DNA of 64,000 nucleotides from Myxococcota bacterium (GTDB lineage Bacteria; Myxococcota_A; Polyangia; Polyangiales; Houyiibacteriaceae): NCBI GenBank assembly GCA_039030515.1, contig JBCCEA010000002.1, positions 64,001 to 128,000 of the forward strand, read 5' to 3'. Shown piece by piece: positions 29,419 to 37,917 of this stretch (position 1 is its first letter; each line of letters starts with the position of its first letter). The notes under the pieces were generated by a model. It saw only the letters and a program-made list of their open reading frames with translations, ran no database searches and was not told where the DNA came from. The position numbers and the translations under genes were made by a program.

Positions 29419-30009
29419 ATGAGCATCGAAAGACTGGGAATCATGGGTAGTGGCCTGATGGGCTTGGGAATCGCTCAGGCCGCGGCTGCCAAAGGATTTG
29501 CGGTACTCATCTTCGAGATTAACCCCAGTGCGGGCAAAGCCGAGCACACACCACAGGACTCAGAGGCACTCCTAGACCAGCTGACGATCACGGCTGACCT
29601 CGACGCGATGAGCGAATGTGACCTGGTAGTGGAGTGCGGCCGGGAAGACCTCACGACGAAGGTAGCGTTACTGCGCCAGGCAGAATCCCACATGACTCCC
29701 GGAGCCGTGCTGGCTACAAGCACCGCATCGCTTCCGCTTTTACAGCTCTCAGAGCACCTCGATCGTCCAGAACAATTCCTGGGACTTCACTTTCTGAATC
29801 CATCCAACAACACGAGAATCGTCGAGATCGGCGTGTCGGAGGGCACCGCTCCCGGCGCGATCCTCGCTGTGCGTGCCTTTTGCAAGAAGCTGGGCAGGAC
29901 GCCTGTGGAAGTGCCCGCCTCGTCCGGATACATGGTCAGCGCTACGATTCAGACCAGTAAGGGAGGCCGGCCTTCGAGGAGCGTCTCGGAGCCAGCGCCT
30001 TCGGAGTAA
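29419..30009 (+). CDS. 3-hydroxyacyl-CoA dehydrogenase NAD-binding domain only (truncated, possibly a remnant)
   Basis: GSGLMGLGIA, DLVVE, ATSTASL, GLHFLNP; ends shortly after GYMV without the dimerisation domain. Confidence 0.7.
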   Translation: MSIERLGIMGSGLMGLGIAQAAAAKGFAVLIFEINPSAGKAEHTPQDSEALLDQLTITADLDAMSECDLVVECGREDLTTKVALLRQAESHMTPGAVLATSTASLPLLQLSEHLDRPEQFLGLHFLNPSNNTRIVEIGVSEGTAPGAILAVRAFCKKLGRTPVEVPASSGYMVSATIQTSKGGRPSRSVSEPAPSE

Positions 30010-30022
30010 CGCAGATACTCCA

Positions 30023-31213
30023 TCAAGAGCGGCTTGATTCCTCGGCTTGCTGCTGCTTCCTGGCAAGCAGCGAGGCCGGCACGAGTGCGTCTTTACCGAC
30101 TCGGGCCTCGAGTTCGGTGAGGGTACGCTGCAGCGCTTCGCGTCGTTCACCGCGGCAATCCGGGAACAGCTGAGGAGGCGGGGGGCCAAGGGAAAGACCG
30201 GCAGTGCTCACCCCGACCAGTCTCACGCCCTGATTAAACGAGGGAAACTTGGAGAGCAACGCGCCGCACGCTTCATGAATGCTGACCGCATCCCGCACGG
30301 GAACCTCGAGCTGTTTTTGCCGAGTTCTTTGCTGAAAGTCGGCGTACTTGATCTTGACCAAAACCACGGACGCACTCAGGTCTTCGAGCACCAGTCGTCG
30401 CGCCACCTGAACCGCTTGAGACAGCAGGACCAAACGCACCTCTTCTCCCGAGTAGATGTCGTGCATGAGCGTTTCTTCGCTTCCGACCGACTTGGACTGT
30501 TGTCTCGGACAAACAGGCCGCGGGTCGGTTCCGCTCGCCAACGCAAACACCTTTGCACCGTAGGTGCCGAGCAACTGACCGAGCTGCTCAGGATCCGCCC
30601 GCTGAATGGCTCCGAGCGTGCGGATCCCGGCGCTTCGGAGTTTGCGCGCCGCGACAGGACCCACGCCCCACATCCGCTCCACCGGGAGCGGAGCGAGCCG
30701 AGACCGAACTTCGGCAGCTGGGATAACGACCAGTCCGTCGGGCTTTTCTAAATCGCTTGCAAGCTTCGCGACGAATTTGGAAGGAGCCACTCCCGCCGAG
30801 GCCGTCAGCCCGGTGTGCTCTCGAATCAGCTCCTTGAGGGTACGGGCGATGGCCTCACCCCCGCCAAAGAGCCGCTGGCTGGCGGTGACGTCGAGAAACG
30901 CCTCGTCGAGGGAAAGCCCTTCTACGTCAGGGGTGAACTCTCTAAATATTTCAAAGATCTGCTGGCTGACCTCGCGATAGCGAGCAAGCCGAGGCGCGAC
31001 TACAACCGCGTTCGGACACAGCCGGCACGCCTCGATCATCGGCATCGCAGAACGGACTCCAAATCGTCGAGCCTCGTAAGAAGCGGCGGCGACAACACCG
31101 CGCGGCGGGGTACCGCCCACCAACACCGGACATTCGCGCAAGGCGGGATCATCGTTCTGCTCCACCGAGGCGAAAAACGCGTCCATATCCACATGGAGTA
31201 TTACCCGCAACAT
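30023..31213 (-). CDS. dinB: DNA polymerase IV
   Basis: HVDMDAFFASVE, ASYEAR, SLDEAFLD, AKLASD..KPDG. Confidence 0.96.
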   Translation of the reverse strand: MLRVILHVDMDAFFASVEQNDDPALRECPVLVGGTPPRGVVAAASYEARRFGVRSAMPMIEACRLCPNAVVVAPRLARYREVSQQIFEIFREFTPDVEGLSLDEAFLDVTASQRLFGGGEAIARTLKELIREHTGLTASAGVAPSKFVAKLASDLEKPDGLVVIPAAEVRSRLAPLPVERMWGVGPVAARKLRSAGIRTLGAIQRADPEQLGQLLGTYGAKVFALASGTDPRPVCPRQQSKSVGSEETLMHDIYSGEEVRLVLLSQAVQVARRLVLEDLSASVVLVKIKYADFQQRTRQKQLEVPVRDAVSIHEACGALLSKFPSFNQGVRLVGVSTAGLSLGPPPPQLFPDCRGERREALQRTLTELEARVGKDALVPASLLARKQQQAEESSRS

Positions 31214-31362
31214 TCGTCACTGCTCCCGTCGACAAGCGCTGGGGGTCTGCCGGCTCGAACCTCCGCGTTCCTTGGGTGCGGGGAGTCCGTATTTCTTGAA
31301 TGCGAGGAGCCCTGGGCGCTCGTGAGGCGCAGAACCCGGGGACCTGCTACGGTCGTGATTCG

Positions 31363-33432
31363 ATGACGTACACGGTCCTGGCGCGCAAATATCGACCTCA
31401 GACCTTTGAAGAACTGGTGGGCCAAGAGCACGTGGCCCGCACCCTCTCCAACGCCATTACCACCGACCGGGTAGCGCATGCGTTTCTTTTTACGGGCGTT
31501 CGAGGAGTCGGCAAAACGAGTACCGCACGACTTCTGGCCAAATCCCTCAACTGCGAACACGGCCCCACCCCAAATCCCTGCAATGTGTGCGCAGCCTGCG
31601 TTGCTATCACGCAAGGTGTCGACGTGGATGTCCTTGAAATGGACGGGGCATCTCACAACAGCGTCGAGGACGTTCGCAAGCTTCAAGAAACGCTCCCCTA
31701 CAGGCCCGCTCGCGATCGATTCAAAGTAGTCATCATCGATGAAGTACACATGCTCTCAACGGGGGCATTCAATGCGCTGCTTAAGACGCTCGAGGAGCCG
31801 CCTCCTCACGTGAAGTTTATCTTTGCAACGACCGAGAACCACAAGGTGCCGATAACGATCCGGTCGCGATGCCAATCCTACGATTTCCGGCTGATCCCAC
31901 AAGCGGTCATCGCACAGAGGGTCCAAGAGATCTTGCTTGCGGAGGAACTCCAAGCCGACGAAGCGGCCCTTCAGATCGTAGCCCGAGAAGCCGCTGGTTC
32001 GATGCGGGACGCCCTGACGCTGCTGGATCAAATCGTCGCGTTCAGCGGAAGCACCCTCATGGGTGACGATGTCTCCCGGGCGCTCGGTATCGCAAGCCGC
32101 ACCCACGTGCACGATATCGCGCGAGCGCTCCTCGAAGGGCGGCCGAGAGAGATCATACTCGGTTTAGACGCCATCAGCGAAAAGGGCGTCGACATCCTAC
32201 ACTTCGCCAAACAGTTGATGCAGTACTGCCGAGATCTCGTCGTGCTTGGTCTGGTGGAGGACCGTCGAGGGGCGGTGGTCGATATGGTTCCCGAGGAGCA
32301 GGCGGGCGCTTTAGAGCTCGTCAGCGCCGTGAGTAGTTTGGAGCTTCAGCGGGCGTTTGCCTCGCTCGCCAAGCTGGTCGATGAGGTCGGGCGCGTTGCC
32401 GAGCAGCGCACGGTATTCGAGATGGGACTCGTGAGGATCGCCTCGCAATCTCCCCTGAAACCCTTGGCCGAGTTGATCGAGCGCCTGGAACAACTCGAAA
32501 GCCGACTGACCGGATCCACCGTCAAGGGAGCAGCAGGAGGCTCCGGATCGGGCGGCAATTCAAGCCCAGGTGCACACCGCAATCGCGACGCGCACGCCCC
32601 CGACTCCAACAAGATACGCGCCGCCGAACCGGAGTCCCGTTCGGCTCCTGCGCATTCCCAGCCAGCCGCGCATCCAAAGCCCGCTACCAGAGACACAGCG
32701 GCTCCTGCCCTCGACTCGATCGAATCGCTCATGGCGTTTGCCGAACAGAAAGCTGCCGAATCCCAGCAGCCTCCATCTCGCCCAAACGCCCCTCGGGCGG
32801 CCTCGCCCGATGCGGCCTCGATGCCCTCCGAAGAGGATGCGAATGCTGGCATAAATGGGACAACGTTTGCTGGGACGACGTTGGCCGAGGCAGCCTTGAC
32901 CGGGGCAACCTTGGCTGAGGCAACCTTGACCGGGGCACATGACGAAAACGCCCAGGACGCTCGGCAAAACACACGCTCAAGCGAAACGCAGGAGCCGAAG
33001 GACAGTGCACCACCACCCGAGTGGCATGCGATAGTGGAGCATGTTGCCGAACGAATGCCTCCGATCGGAGCGATACTCGAGCATGGGGTTCCGCTCATCG
33101 TCTCTGCAGAACAGCTGCAGGTGGGTTTCGGAAAAGGCTCGCTCTACGCCCAGCAAATGGAACACGAAGACGCGAAAGAGGCGCTGAAGGCATCCGCCAG
33201 CAGCGTTCTCGGTGGAGATCCAAGCATCGAGTTTGTGGTGGCCTCAAAGGAGCGATTGCGATGCACGCTGGCGCAGGAACGGGAGCGGCGTATGCAGGCT
33301 GAGCAGCAGCATCTCGAACAGGAGGCGCTCGCCCACCCTCTTGTTCTACAAGCCATCGACCTTTTTATGCCGAGTGCAAAGGTTGAAGTTCGTATCGACC
33401 AAAATCGTGTAAGCGTGGAGAGCAACCGATGA
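31363..33432 (+). CDS. dnaX: DNA polymerase III subunit gamma/tau
   Basis: LARKYRPQTF, GVRGVGKT, zinc module, IIDEVH, SRC; long low-complexity linker. Confidence 0.96.
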   Translation: MTYTVLARKYRPQTFEELVGQEHVARTLSNAITTDRVAHAFLFTGVRGVGKTSTARLLAKSLNCEHGPTPNPCNVCAACVAITQGVDVDVLEMDGASHNSVEDVRKLQETLPYRPARDRFKVVIIDEVHMLSTGAFNALLKTLEEPPPHVKFIFATTENHKVPITIRSRCQSYDFRLIPQAVIAQRVQEILLAEELQADEAALQIVAREAAGSMRDALTLLDQIVAFSGSTLMGDDVSRALGIASRTHVHDIARALLEGRPREIILGLDAISEKGVDILHFAKQLMQYCRDLVVLGLVEDRRGAVVDMVPEEQAGALELVSAVSSLELQRAFASLAKLVDEVGRVAEQRTVFEMGLVRIASQSPLKPLAELIERLEQLESRLTGSTVKGAAGGSGSGGNSSPGAHRNRDAHAPDSNKIRAAEPESRSAPAHSQPAAHPKPATRDTAAPALDSIESLMAFAEQKAAESQQPPSRPNAPRAASPDAASMPSEEDANAGINGTTFAGTTLAEAALTGATLAEATLTGAHDENAQDARQNTRSSETQEPKDSAPPPEWHAIVEHVAERMPPIGAILEHGVPLIVSAEQLQVGFGKGSLYAQQMEHEDAKEALKASASSVLGGDPSIEFVVASKERLRCTLAQERERRMQAEQQHLEQEALAHPLVLQAIDLFMPSAKVEVRIDQNRVSVESNR
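32857..32937 (+). repeat. 15-bp in-frame tandem repeat in the dnaX linker
   Basis: Encodes GTTFA GTTLA EAALT GATLA EATLT GA. Confidence 0.8.
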
Positions 33433-33749
33433 AATTTCGTGGAGGGATGTCCGAGCTGATGAAGCAAGCCAATCGGCTCCAGCGCAAGATCGAACAGCGT
33501 AAAAAAGAGCTCGAAACGGAAACGGTATCGGCCGCGGCAGGGAACGACAAAGTCGAGGCGATCGTAAACTGCGCCGGTGAGCTGGTCCGCATCGAGATCG
33601 ACCCCGAGCTGCTCCACAGCGAAGGATTAGAGATGGTTCAGGACTTGGTAGTCGCAGCCACCAACTCCGCCCTGAAGAAAGCCCGCGAGACCGTGGACTC
33701 CGAAGTCGAAAAACTGACCGGTGGACTCAAGCTCCCGGGGATGTCCTGA
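33429..33749 (+). CDS. ybaB: YbaB/EbfC nucleoid-associated protein
   Basis: LMKQA, IEIDP, QDLVVAATN, TGGLKLPG; conserved dnaX-ybaB-recR order. Confidence 0.93.
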   Translation: MKFRGGMSELMKQANRLQRKIEQRKKELETETVSAAAGNDKVEAIVNCAGELVRIEIDPELLHSEGLEMVQDLVVAATNSALKKARETVDSEVEKLTGGLKLPGMS

Positions 33750-33771
33750 AACTCAAAGGACTGCGGAATCG

Positions 33772-34362
33772 ATGAAGGGTCCCATCGACGAACTCGTCGC
33801 TTTGCTGGCACGACTTCCGGGTATTGGGGAGCGGACCGCCACCCGACTCGCCTTTCACATTTTGATGGGGAACTCGGAGTATGCGGAGGCGCTCTCCGAT
33901 TCGCTGGGGCATATCCACAAGCGGGTACAGCGATGTCGGGAGTGCGGCAACTTCGATGCCGACAGCACGTGCAGCATATGTCGCGATCCCAAGCGAGATT
34001 CCACGCAGATCTGCGTGGTGGCCCGGGTGCCCGATCTGATCGCCATCGAACGGAGTCACACGTTTCGAGGACGGTATCACGTGCTGCACGGCCTGCTCGC
34101 TCCTCTGGACGGCATCGGCCCAGAGCAGCTACCTCTCGACAAGCTCGTCGCGCGAGTTCACGCCGATGAGGTTCGCGAGGTGATCGTCGCGACCCCCCTC
34201 AGCGTGGAAGGAGAAGCCACCGCGCTCTACATCGCCGAAACGCTCCGAAGCCAAGACGTCCACATCAGCCGCATCGCGAGTGGGATGCCCCACGGCAGCG
34301 AACTCGAGTTTACCGATCAGATCACTTTAGGGCGGGCACTCGACGGCCGCCGACTGCTGTAG
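33772..34362 (+). CDS. recR: Recombination mediator RecR
   Basis: LPGIGERTA, CRECG..CSIC zinc finger, Toprim EGEATA. Confidence 0.96.
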   Translation: MKGPIDELVALLARLPGIGERTATRLAFHILMGNSEYAEALSDSLGHIHKRVQRCRECGNFDADSTCSICRDPKRDSTQICVVARVPDLIAIERSHTFRGRYHVLHGLLAPLDGIGPEQLPLDKLVARVHADEVREVIVATPLSVEGEATALYIAETLRSQDVHISRIASGMPHGSELEFTDQITLGRALDGRRLL

Positions 34363-34367
34363 GCCCG

Positions 34368-34449
34368 CCTCGCTACGCCAGAGCACCCTCGCTACGGCAG
34401 AGCACCCTCGCTACGGCAGAGCACCCTCGCTACGCCAGAGCACCCTCGC
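34368..34449. repeat. 19-bp intergenic tandem repeat, about 4.3 copies
   Basis: cctcgctacgScagagcac at 34368, 34387, 34406, 34425 and a partial copy at 34444. Confidence 0.95.
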
Positions 34450-34511
34450 CTACTATCATGCTCGAGGTTCCCGGCCGTGCTGTGTCGAGCATTCACGCGA
34501 ACCGAGCGGTT

Positions 34512-34543
34512 CTAGAAGTACAGGGCTCCTAGAAGTACAGGGT
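34512..34543. repeat. 17-bp duplication containing the stop codon of the beta-barrel gene
   Basis: ctagaagtacaggg at 34512 and 34529. Confidence 0.85.
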
Positions 34544-35446
34544 GACCCCGATGGTTCCGAGACCGCCGCCGGAAGTATCCGTGGTTTCACCATCGTCGTT
34601 GACGAACTCGGGCTGCGGATCGTCATCGATGCGGCGGCGTAAAAATCCGCGGATATCGGCGGTAAAAGCGAGATGTTTGAACAGGCGCCACTCGAGGCCG
34701 ACACCGATCTGTCCGCCCAGGTGGGCCAAATCTCGCTCTTCATAACGCCCGGTATTCTCGTTGACTCCCTCGACAAACGCCCAAGAAACCCCGACTCCGG
34801 CGAGAAAATAGGCCTGCAGCGGATGACTGGGGTTCACGTAGAGGAGCGCGTCGATGGTGAGAGGCACCTCCACCCGATCCTGACCGTTGTAGTCGGTTCC
34901 CGCGTAGCCGCCGATGCCAAAATCGAGCGCAAATCTCGGGATCGGGCGGTAGCGGATAGCCCCCGTGGCACCACCCATCTGCACTTCCGCTCCGAGGAAC
35001 CCGCCGATATGCGCATGGATGCCCAGTTCCGCATCGGTTGGAAGCAGGGTCGTCGTTCGCGTCGTGACCACCCGGGGCTGAGGCTGGTGCACGACCACGA
35101 CCTGCTGCGGTGGCGGCGCGGGCTGCACCATCACGACCGGCGGAGGAGGCGGCGGCGCAGGCTGCACGACCACGACTGGAGGCGGAGCGGGCTGCACCAT
35201 CACGACCGGCGGAGGAGGCGGCGGCGCGGGCTGCACGACCACGACCGGCGGAGGCGCGGGCTGCACCACGACAACTTGCCCAGCGCGCGCCAGGGGCGGT
35301 CTCCGCGGTCGGTCCTTCGCTGAGGCGGCGGCTTCTACACATGCGCGACCTGCAGTACCGAGACTCTCTGCGCACTGCGCCCTGACGGTGGTCGTCCAGC
35401 CGTACACGGAGCCGGCAACAGCGATGGCGGTCAAGATTCGGGTCAT
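34529..35446 (-). CDS. Secreted protein: Pro/Val-rich repeat linker plus small outer-membrane beta-barrel
   Basis: Signal peptide, (VVVVQPAPPP)n, alternating amphipathic strands, C-terminal ..GVTLYF. Confidence 0.8.
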   Translation of the reverse strand: MTRILTAIAVAGSVYGWTTTVRAQCAESLGTAGRACVEAAASAKDRPRRPPLARAGQVVVVQPAPPPVVVVQPAPPPPPPVVMVQPAPPPVVVVQPAPPPPPPVVMVQPAPPPQQVVVVHQPQPRVVTTRTTTLLPTDAELGIHAHIGGFLGAEVQMGGATGAIRYRPIPRFALDFGIGGYAGTDYNGQDRVEVPLTIDALLYVNPSHPLQAYFLAGVGVSWAFVEGVNENTGRYEERDLAHLGGQIGVGLEWRLFKHLAFTADIRGFLRRRIDDDPQPEFVNDDGETTDTSGGGLGTIGVTLYF

Positions 35447-35482
35447 TCGGTTCCTCGATGCGTTCGGGACGCCGCGATATAC

Positions 35483-35498
35483 AGCAAATACGGTACCA
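35483..35498 (-). promoter_or_regulatory. Putative sigma54 promoter of the beta-barrel gene
   Basis: Minus strand TGGTACCGTATTTGCT (GG-N10-GC), about 37 bp upstream of the ATG. Confidence 0.6.
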
Positions 35499-35621
35499 CG
35501 TTCAGCCGCTCCGGCGAGACGTCACAAATTGCCCCAAAAGCCACACCGAGCTCTCATCTTCTACAAGTCGCCATCGACAAAACCCGCCTTTGCACCACAT
35601 CGAGAGCCTCGAAACGTGAAC

Positions 35622-36368
35622 ATGAGTTCACATGCAGATGATCCGCAGATGTCGTCGATGTACTAGATCACCTAGACGAAACTCTATTTTCGCCAAGAAT
35701 GCCGGGTATGTTGCGAAGGTATCCAGCAACTGGGGCACACGGACAGCCTCTGTGGGACGCAAGCCAATGCATACGCGGGATTAATGCATTTTTAAATGAC
35801 GGTGCGTTAGCAGGCGGACAAATAGTGGGTCACAATTATAGCTCTGTTGCAGAGTCAAATAGATTAAGAAGCTATCTAACAGTCTCTCACTCAGGCAAAT
35901 CCGGAGACATTGATGCTTGTTTTGTCAACCGATTTGGAAAGACAAGAACAGAATTCACAATCGATGAGTTGGTGATGGGTTCGAACTATCGATCGATGCG
36001 CGGTTGAGAGAGCCCATTTTAGCGCAGAGGACTCATTATCATGCACAAAAGACAATGGTGCTCTGGTTGAGTTGGCGATAGGCCAAATAGGCCCAGGCGT
36101 CGAATACCAATCGAGATTACGCGGCGAGAACTCAAGGGCTTCAGAGCGCGCTGCCAAGCTTGTCACATCGGCCGCTCCCTATCTGAGGGAAAAACCTCAT
36201 GCGCCCCAACGAGCCAAAAAAGCGTTCCAGCGTCCGCCGCTGACCGTTCACAGCCTTCAGCTGGGTCTGCAGTTCCGCCCCTTGACTTGCAAACCTACAA
36301 AAGGACCGCAAACTGAACCTTATTTGAACAAGGAGACAAGCCCTGCAGTTTCCGCTTACACAACTTGA
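35622..36368 (+). pseudogene. Fragmented lower-GC orphan coding region
   Basis: Successive open stretches in frames 3, 2 and 3 (MSSHADD / SADVVDVLDH..GSNYRS / VERAHF..) that abut as if frameshifted. Confidence 0.35.
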
Positions 36369-37149
36369 GGCGTTCATTCGCATACATAGAGGCCATCAGG
36401 ATCTGCGCTTTGAAGCAGAGCAATGTATACGTCGGATTGGACAGTTCCGGGATGACGAAGATCTGATATTTTCAGATCTGGAGTCCTGCTGGACCGACGC
36501 ACCTTTAGTTCCGCGACGCACCATTGAAGCCGTCGGTATATGTATTTGTGCGTGCCCCTGGGATTTGAAAAGTCCAAAGACCATTTTCAACTGCTTGTTC
36601 GCAAAGAGCTCTTCTGAGCAGTGTTACCCCGACACCTTGTACGTGAGAGAGGTCCGCAGAGAGCCCCAAAAACCATACTTTGCAAGCGATGTAGCCGTCG
36701 CCCAGCTCGCCATCGCGTCGGCCCGATTTCAGAACAAGTTCAAAACGCCGATCCAGCCTCAGGATATTCTCGATTGGCTGCCGCCCGTGCCGCCACGCCT
36801 TATCTTTCGCTGCGAAATCGAGAATGAAACAACCAATCAGTTCATCGCTACAATGAACCCTCGCTTTGGTGCCCAAGCGAGACCTGTAGATTCATTTCGG
36901 TGGCAAGAGATGAACCGTGAACAACGGATTGAATCGCTTACTGAAACCCCAAACGGAAGGTCGACTGCGCGATTTGTATATGAATACGATCTACTCAATA
37001 GATACCTAAGACACACTCGCGGGCAACCCAGAAGAGTCACCGGAGTTCATATCGCACAGGGTTTTGCCAGGACAGAAGAGCTGTGTTTTGTCGTGCGTTG
37101 GCACGGCTCAATCCATCCTCCGGTAGTCGGAACACAAATACGGCTCTAG
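36328..37149 (+). CDS. Orphan protein with FASDV...IENETT...TPNGRSTAR motifs; start unresolved (ORF track start 36565)
   Basis: Frame is open from 36328 to the TAG at 37147-37149; visibly more AT-rich than the flanks. Confidence 0.5.
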   Translation, partial: TRRQALQFPLTQLEAFIRIHRGHQDLRFEAEQCIRRIGQFRDDEDLIFSDLESCWTDAPLVPRRTIEAVGICICACPWDLKSPKTIFNCLFAKSSSEQCYPDTLYVREVRREPQKPYFASDVAVAQLAIASARFQNKFKTPIQPQDILDWLPPVPPRLIFRCEIENETTNQFIATMNPRFGAQARPVDSFRWQEMNREQRIESLTETPNGRSTARFVYEYDLLNRYLRHTRGQPRRVTGVHIAQGFARTEELCFVVRWHGSIHPPVVGTQIRL

Positions 37150-37197
37150 CGAGTCAGAACTTCCACAGCGAAACCTCTGAGCGTTTCGATCGACGGG

Positions 37198-37281
37198 TGC
37201 CGGGAGCGGGACTTGAACCCGCAAGGGGTTTCCCCCGGGCGATTTTAAGTCGCCTGCGTATACCGATTTCGCCATCCCGGC
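37198..37281 (-). tRNA. tRNA-Leu(TAA)
   Basis: GCCGGGA TG GCG AAATCGGTA TACGC A GGCGA CTTAAAA TCGCC, long variable arm, GCGGG TTCAAGT CCCGC TCCCGGC A; followed by CCC. Confidence 0.95.
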
Positions 37282-37359
37282 TGGCGGCTAAGCCTATCGC
37301 GCTTCGTTGACTTCTGCCAGCTGCGGAAAGCGCCGGTTGGCGACCGGGCCATGGTCTGC

Positions 37360-37752
37360 TCAGAGCTGAACTGGCGTGTTTGGTCCGGGCTGCTCCGGTG
37401 AGACCGACACGGGCCGATTTTTGGAGTCCACCCGGACTACTTTGGGTGTGTGTACGCTCGCTTCGTCGCTGCTCAACTCGCCGAACGTGGCGAGGATCAC
37501 GATGTCACCGGGGCGGTTCAGGTGGGCTGCGGCTCCGTTGATGCAGATGACGCCCTCTCCCCGCGCGCCGCGAAGAGCGTACGTCACAAGACGAGAGCCT
37601 CGGGTCACGTTCCAGACGTGCACTTCCTCGTGCTCGAGTATGCCGGCAGCTTCCAGCAGATCCGCGTCGACGGTCACCGAGCCTTCGTAGTCTAGGTCGG
37701 CGTGGGTCACCGTGGCCCGATGAATTTTGCCGAGGAACATCCGCCGCTGCAT
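37360..37752 (-). CDS. panD: Aspartate 1-decarboxylase
   Basis: [12 protein letters not shown] cleavage site, TYA, INGAAA. Confidence 0.96.
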   Translation of the reverse strand: MQRRMFLGKIHRATVTHADLDYEGSVTVDADLLEAAGILEHEEVHVWNVTRGSRLVTYALRGARGEGVICINGAAAHLNRPGDIVILATFGELSSDEASVHTPKVVRVDSKNRPVSVSPEQPGPNTPVQL

Positions 37753-37917
37753 AAAAAATCCTTCGCCAAGCGCTCGCATCAGGTCGAGTGAGAGCAAACG
37801 CTAGCGCTTGAAATGAGGCACTTCAAGGCGGTGCCTGGAGCCCTCGAGTGGCGCATCAAACTCTCAGAGACGCGCTGCGGCAGAGCGCCCAACGTTCATT
37901 GATAGCCATGAGCTTCC

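Noticed and set aside
31214..31362. SRP RNA (ffs), often found upstream of dnaX
   Set aside because: The conserved CAGG..GGAAGGAAGCAG helix-8 motif is not seen on either strand
32480..33000. Programmed -1 frameshift or slippage site in dnaX producing gamma
   Set aside because: No A AAA AAG or long A/T run visible after domain III
35447..37281. Intact integrative element at tRNA-Leu
   Set aside because: No integrase and no duplicated tRNA 3' end found; reported only as a lower-GC islet
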